The notes beneath the pieces are model-generated. The model was not told the origin of the DNA. It did no database searches and saw only the letters and a list, made by a program, of their open reading frames with translations. DNA of 57,939 bases, filler included, from Sphacelaria rigidula (Eukaryota), in assembly GCA_964200075.2 (NCBI GenBank). It is 6 parts of 6 records of this genome, joined end to end, with 100 filler letters (N's around TTAATTAATTAA, not from the genome) between each part and the next. Parts side by side here need not be neighbours in the genome. Positions count along the whole stretch, not along the records: positions 48,368 to 57,939 come from CAXNAA020008182.1; 5 more parts are not named here. One strand, 5' to 3'. Of the stretch, positions 52,502 through 57,939 are shown piece after piece. Positions within the stretch are counted from its first letter, which is position 1, and each line of letters starts with the position of its first letter. Made by a program: the position numbers and the translations under genes.

Positions 52502-52832
52502 CTCTGTTCCCGCTGCCTTTCTTGTTCTCCGCGCCGATCCATCCCTTGTACGTCTCGAACGAAGTGAACCGAACGGCCATCTTGGGTGCGATGCCTGCTA
52601 TGACAGCGCTCAATCCCTTGTACAGGGCGAAGAAACCCTCGTGGCTCACGATACGCGAGGCCGTTGTGATCGGCCCCTTCTTGCTCCCTCCCTTGGCTCT
52701 CAGCTGCATTCGAGTCTTGATGGTGTCCAAGGGGTGACAACATGACGACTCCACCACGCCAGCAATACCACCGGCCACGAGATGTACTAGCGGGCTTCGC
52801 TTCACCTTGTCGCTCGTATTCTGCGGAGCCAT
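52502..52832 (-). CDS. SFC1: Mitochondrial carrier, succinate/fumarate transporter (SFC1-like), first exon
   Basis: ATG at 52832, GTAGTG donor; LVAGGIAGVVESSCCHPLDTIKTRMQ (Px[DE]xx[KR] signature)...EGFFALYKGLSAVIAGIAPKMAVRF, closely resembling repeat 1 of yeast Sfc1; downstream exons not located. Confidence 0.88.
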
Positions 52833-54908
52833 CTCGTGAGGTGTCTTCTGTATCTTGTCTGGACAATTTGTCTGCACTGCGGTCTTCCCCGGCTTGTACA
52901 GAGTAGCGTACTGATGTACTGGCTGTACTGATGTACTGCCGACTGGTGAAGCCTTTTGTAGGTCTCTCGCACGTCTACTGCGGTTGCTCTTCTGCGAGCC
53001 TTTACCGAAGGGTAGATTGGCTTCCTATTTGGGGAATAAGGCAGTGAGTGCGACTGAACAACTGTATTGTGTGCTGCGTCGTGTGGGCTGTGTAGGTGAG
53101 CGTCGGAAAGCAAAGCTGAAATCCAAGTTCAACAAAAACTACAAACTACAATGCGGCGCGGTATCACGATCTTTGAGACGAATCGATGCAGCGTTAACTC
53201 AAGGTCGTACTCCATTTTCGAAGGTGTGAATGGATGATGACATTAGAGTACAGAATTACCCCTGATTGGGTTTTCGTTTCGCTACTCTGTACCGGAACAG
53301 CACGCGAACCTTACAGGGCCAGGCATCCACGGACTCACTCGTTTGCACGGTTGCAAGAGGTATGTGCTGGTGCGAGATTAGGTAGGAAATACTTATTTTG
53401 CTTCTGATGTGGAATGCAAGGCTCTTGAAAGCCAGGAACATCCCAGGACTTGTGGTGCTGTTCTGTGGTCATCGTTCTGTCTGTGCTCTTTTCGTTTGGA
53501 GGAGGGTTGTGAGCAAAACGCAATCATTTGATCATTTGATAAAGACCCTACCTACGGTTAGGCGCCAAAAGTCGAGGCAAGTGCACACAACAGTACTGCT
53601 ATGCTTGATGTGTAGTAGCACGCTGCATCAAGCGTTGTAAACAATGCTGTGCGTGTTGGTGTCGAATGAGGAGATGTAACTTGGATGCAATCGAAGAAAA
53701 AGGAAATGTTCTGATGTTCGGACCTGGGTGATTCATGGGGGCTTTGCCGTTGTTTTTCCTGCATACGGGCGGGCTTTGCTGGTCTCCGTTGCGAAGAGCC
53801 TAGGAACTCATCTTCACACCCTATTGCTTCCATATCTGAGCGCTATGCCTACGAAGGAGAATTGGGACATTCTACCCTGGGTATTTCGATATCGCCGCCA
53901 TCTCTGTCGGTGTCTCCATCCCTTGACAAGCCAGGACGCTCTCCAATGTTTTGCCGCGATCATGTGCCCTGAGGAACGGGAGCCTCATCGTCTGTGCATT
54001 AGTACTTCGTAGTTGACTTGGAATTAGTGATGGAATACCGTTGCCCCAAACAAGTGTCGCTCTATTCCTCGCGCGTCCTCAGACAGTTACGCTCAGTGCA
54101 AGTTTTGTTGAAGCGACACACATTTCCGTACCTCATTGGTAGCCATATCCGTGGATCACGAAGTGTGTGTGCGGAAGCATGTTTATTTTTCTTACAGGTG
54201 CCACTTGTTGGCGCTACTGAACTGTGGGCACAACGGTTCTAGATATACAATCGGCACTTCGCAGCACAGTAGGATATATACAAGCTGTAGTAACTGCGCA
54301 GTTTGAAAAAGGTTAAAAGGTTCGACTCGTGAGTGGTTTCCACTTTTTGTGACGGAGTATAACACCCCCCTCGCCCGCCCCCAGCACAATGAGGAGTGTG
54401 TACGAGAGTAGTGAAATGAGCCAGTGTTCAAATGACACTGTGTTGCAGGAGGGGCGTGATGAAGCCATTGCTGTAGTTGTTGTTGTCTTTAAATCGATTG
54501 GTTGATCGGGCTGTAAACTGGACCCAGTTTGTACTGGCGATGAAACTGGAACTGGAGTCTAAGTGGAACTGGTGATGAGGATACTTCATCCACTTTATCT
54601 GAAATGTGCCGTTACCGGCTATATTGTACCAATTTTAGCATGGTGATTATGTGACAAATATGCTTACATACATTATTACGAACAAAAGACAGTAGAATTG
54701 GGGCTTCCACCTGACGGCAGTACAAGTACAGACAGTACTCGTGGTACGAGCCGGGCCAGCCTAGAAGCGGATTTGGAGCTTGCAGGTCCATTCGCAATTT
54801 AAGCCTTTGATCGTGAGGGTAGGTCACCTGCTGAATCGGCATCAACATTCACTTGAAGAAAGAATTCGTGATCTAGATGGAATACCCGCACCGCCGTCTA
54901 AGGGTTAA

Positions 54909-55728
54909 GGGCGTGTCTTGGTCCCTTTTTATTTTCGATCGAAAAAGTGCGGTCGAATTTTTTATGCCGATCTGATAGGTGCACCGCATTTGTGTTCCTT
55001 GAAGGCCTCATCTCAAAATTATACTTAGCGGCGCTCGAGGAACAATGCAACGAGGTGAAAAACAATCGTTTTCGATCGAAAACATGCGGTCGGAAAGCAC
55101 GAAGCGGCACTTGACTCCTCAGACCACCACATCGAATGACACCTGTCCACAGGACCATGCAAACTCCGTCCAACTCATTCTCAGCTACTACCGCAACCCT
55201 GCAGCATAGAGCACGAGCTGCGCACAGGGATAGATACACTGCAGTAGTCGGGTGTGATTTATTTACTTTTTGGTGACGAAAACTTGCGAATCTTTTCTCA
55301 TGTTAAGCATCAGCGACGGAACTGCGTGGTACGGTGGGCAACCAAGTTGCGTGCACGCTCATGGACACTGTAAGCAGTACAAAACTGCACGTTGCTGAAG
55401 TCTTTTTCACGTCGCATTTTCAGCAGAAAGAACTGATGGTCCTGGGCTGTCTGCAATGCACGTTGCCCGCTTCCCCTTAATATTCTCGTGCACGAAACCC
55501 GCACACACGCACTCAAGACACCGTGCTGCAAGCAGTGCAGACAGTACAGGTTCTCTGTACTGTACTATACGAGTGACCATGTACCGTTTCACGATTTCCA
55601 CTGCCTTGTTTCGATTGAAAGCTTTGAAATTCATCTCGACCCAACTGCATCAAAACGAGAACATTTCACTCCGATCGATCCCACCGCACCATTTTTTCGA
55701 TCGGAGAAAAAAGTGCTAAGACAGGCTC
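54909..55728. mobile_element. Second copy of the ~830-bp TIR element
   Basis: TTAA|GGGCGTGTCTT ... AAGACAGGCTC|TAAT; colinear with 15881-16707. Confidence 0.78.
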
Positions 55729-55729
55729 T

Positions 55730-55964
55730 AATACTTGGCGTTGGACCCTAAAATTTGGTTTGGACAATCAATAGTGCATAAAAAAAAAGTATGCGTGGAC
55801 TCAAATATGATGTTTTTCATCTCATACCGGCATTTTACTGAAACCTGAAAACTGATTGTTGCCTCTAACTCATGTAAAAAATCAACTATATGGGACAACG
55901 CATAACTTTTTTTTCATGCCCCAATGATTGTCCATACCAAATTTTAGGTCCAACTTAAAGTGTT
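55730..55964. mobile_element. Small fold-back element (about 235 bp)
   Basis: Inverted arms GTTGGACC.TAAAATTTGGT.TGGACAATCA / TGATTGTCCATACCAAATTTTAGGTCCAAC. Confidence 0.7.
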
Positions 55965-56768
55965 GAATTGCGAATGGGCCGTTAAAAAACCGGGTCGGTA
56001 ATATTCGAAACAGTATTTTGCAGGCCACTTACCGGCCCACGTTTGATGGTGTATTGAAATTTTGTGTGGGTCCTCGCCAGGGCATGACGAACAAAAAAAA
56101 GTGGATCATTTTTTTTTTCGGTTCACGGCGTTGTAGTATGGCAACGACCATTTTTCACGAGAACGGCCGAACCTCTTCCTCCCCCAAAAAGGAGGCTATT
56201 TTTTTTTCAATTCAACATACCTTACCCCCGCGTGCTGCCAGCCTTCGCTTGTTTGCATCCTCCTCTCCTCACGAAGAGTCTGCTGCTTCATAATACAGAT
56301 GAATGGTTTTCGAATCGCTCACCGCCTTGAAAGAGATTTGAATGTCATCTAAGACTCTAGCTCCTCGATGTGAGGGGTCATATTTTCTGCAATTTTCAAC
56401 ACGTGTGAAGGAAAAACAAGCCAAATAACGCATTTTTTTAGCGCCTCCGGCGTCGCTGCCGCGAGGTCCCCTTACCGGTGAGGGAGGGGCAATTGCCGCT
56501 CGCGGCTTCGCCGCGAGCCGCCGATGTTTTCCCAGTTGACCGGCTGAGAAACATATAATTACTGGCCGCTGGCGCGGCCAGTGTAAACTCAACTGGCCAG
56601 AGCAGCCACTTCACAGCCCTTTTGATTGATCGATTTATTATCTCACATTTGCTAATTGCAACTATCCGGCCCGTTGCCAGGAGCAGCAAAAAAGCACAAA
56701 ATATGAAGCATGGTGAAATTATTAAAACTGTAAAACAACAACTTACTCTTTTCTTCCAACAGTGTAAA

Positions 56769-57149
56769 GACCGCTCCCTATTATAACAGAAAAAAAATAA
56801 AAACCTGGAAACGCGCCTTGTTGGAGCTTTCACGTCGGTTTACGCCCTGAAAGAGAGCTAAGCGGAGTTTGACACCTTGGAATGACTTGCTCTAGGCGTT
56901 GAGGCGGTTCCAGGGCATCTTATATCTCTCCGGTGGCTGCAGTTTTTATTTTGGCCTGTTGCGCCGAAACAAAAACTGCGGCCACCGGAAAAAGGGCAGA
57001 TATCCTGGAACCGCCTCAACGAGTAAAGCAAGTCATTTCGATCAAGGTGTCAGACTCCGCCTAGCTCTCTTTTAGGCCGTCAAACGACGTAAAAGGTGCA
57101 AGAAGGCGCTTTTCCAGCTTTTTATTTTTGTCTGTTACAAGGAGCGGCA
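56769..57149. mobile_element. Internally shortened copy of the 50953-51435 fold-back MITE
   Basis: Same arms (CCGCTCC..ATAACAG..CTGGAAA; GAGTTTGACAC..GACTTGCTCTA; TCCGGTGG.GCAGTTT) with the central part missing. Confidence 0.8.
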
Positions 57150-57224
57150 TTAGGCCAAAAAGGAAGAAGCCACAAGAACAAAAGAAGAACTGTCGAGATT
57201 GCCCAATGCATTGTTGTGTGTGTT

Positions 57225-57500
57225 TGTGCCGTCGTCCGCTCTGTTCTGGACGCCGGTCTACACATTTCGGTATATGTGGGCGCACCAGTGGGGTCGCAGA
57301 AAAGGGAGGCCTATACAGTTTTTTTTTCTTCTCCACCTTCCTTTTGTGGTGCTTGCCTTTTTTTCTTGTCGCGAGACGAGTTCAGCGATCCCTTTCCCTC
57401 GTCGACCATTAAGTCGAAGCTGTGCACCCATGACATGGTCGTTCTCAACTTTCGGGCTTTGTGTGAGGAAAAATCCCAGATCGCTCCGAGATTCGAACGA
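57225..57500 (-). mobile_element. Copy of the SINE-like family seen at 3925-4344
   Basis: Colinear matches, e.g. TTTCGGTATATGTG.GCGCACCAG, TCCCTCGTCGACC.TT.AGTCGAA, CAGATC.CTCCGAGA.TCGAAC. Confidence 0.7.
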
Positions 57501-57939
57501 AGGGGACAATCCCTTGTTGACAGGAGATTGGCCCCATAACGATCAGTCCCAAGTCCTATCGACAAGCAGTTTTGTACAAATTGGAACCCAGATCTGCACA
57601 TGGGTTGAGGAATGCGGCGGGTCTGGAAGTGGTCGTTGGTCAAAGCAGGCCCAAGGTCTGTGTAATGCTGCAGTCAATGCACAACAAGGCAACTCAACAC
57701 CTACACACCCAGCCCCGAAAGAACACGCACAGACACCCACCACTCACGCGTATTGGCTTCACTGCTAGGCCTTGCTAATCTACACTCGACAGTCTTTGTT
57801 TGACGGTAATCCGTTATGTATTGGACGAATGGCGGCCCCATGCGTGTCGACAACAACCGAAAACGTGTCGTTGCTGACCGTTTTGTAAGCGTGTGCTGCA
57901 CGCGCGTCTCACACAAATCATCGTTTCTCAATGAATTCT

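Overview
This is eukaryotic, intron-rich, transposon-dense genomic DNA. A stramenopile, probably a brown alga, is my inference from the gene and TE families and the kb-long introns. The window is not one locus. It is six unlinked contigs of 9574, 9574, 9574, 9573, 9572 and 9572 bp, joined by artificial 100-nt spacers (N44-TTAATTAATTAA-N44), so nothing should be read across a spacer. Three partial host genes can be spliced by eye: the last three exons of an AMSH/STAMBP-type JAMM deubiquitinase (contig 1, minus), four exons of a Mpv17/PMP22 membrane protein (contig 2, plus) and exon 1 of an SFC1-like mitochondrial carrier (contig 6, minus). The rest is mobile DNA: three decayed Ty3/Gypsy elements, a Ty1/Copia RT-RNaseH relic split by three nested TIR elements, a pogo-like transposase relic, several TTAA-targeting fold-back MITE families and tRNA-headed SINE-like repeats. 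Four observations stand out. (i) Two different Gypsy integrases end in a chromo-like domain followed by an extra Tudor-like domain. (ii) A complete LTR element lacks a tRNA PBS but has LTR/leader complementarity suggestive of Tf1-type self-priming. (iii) A CxxC-rich ORF is restored exactly when that element is excised in silico. (iv) Two Gypsy copies have independently lost the RT core. All domain calls are by-eye motif recognition; no database searches were run.
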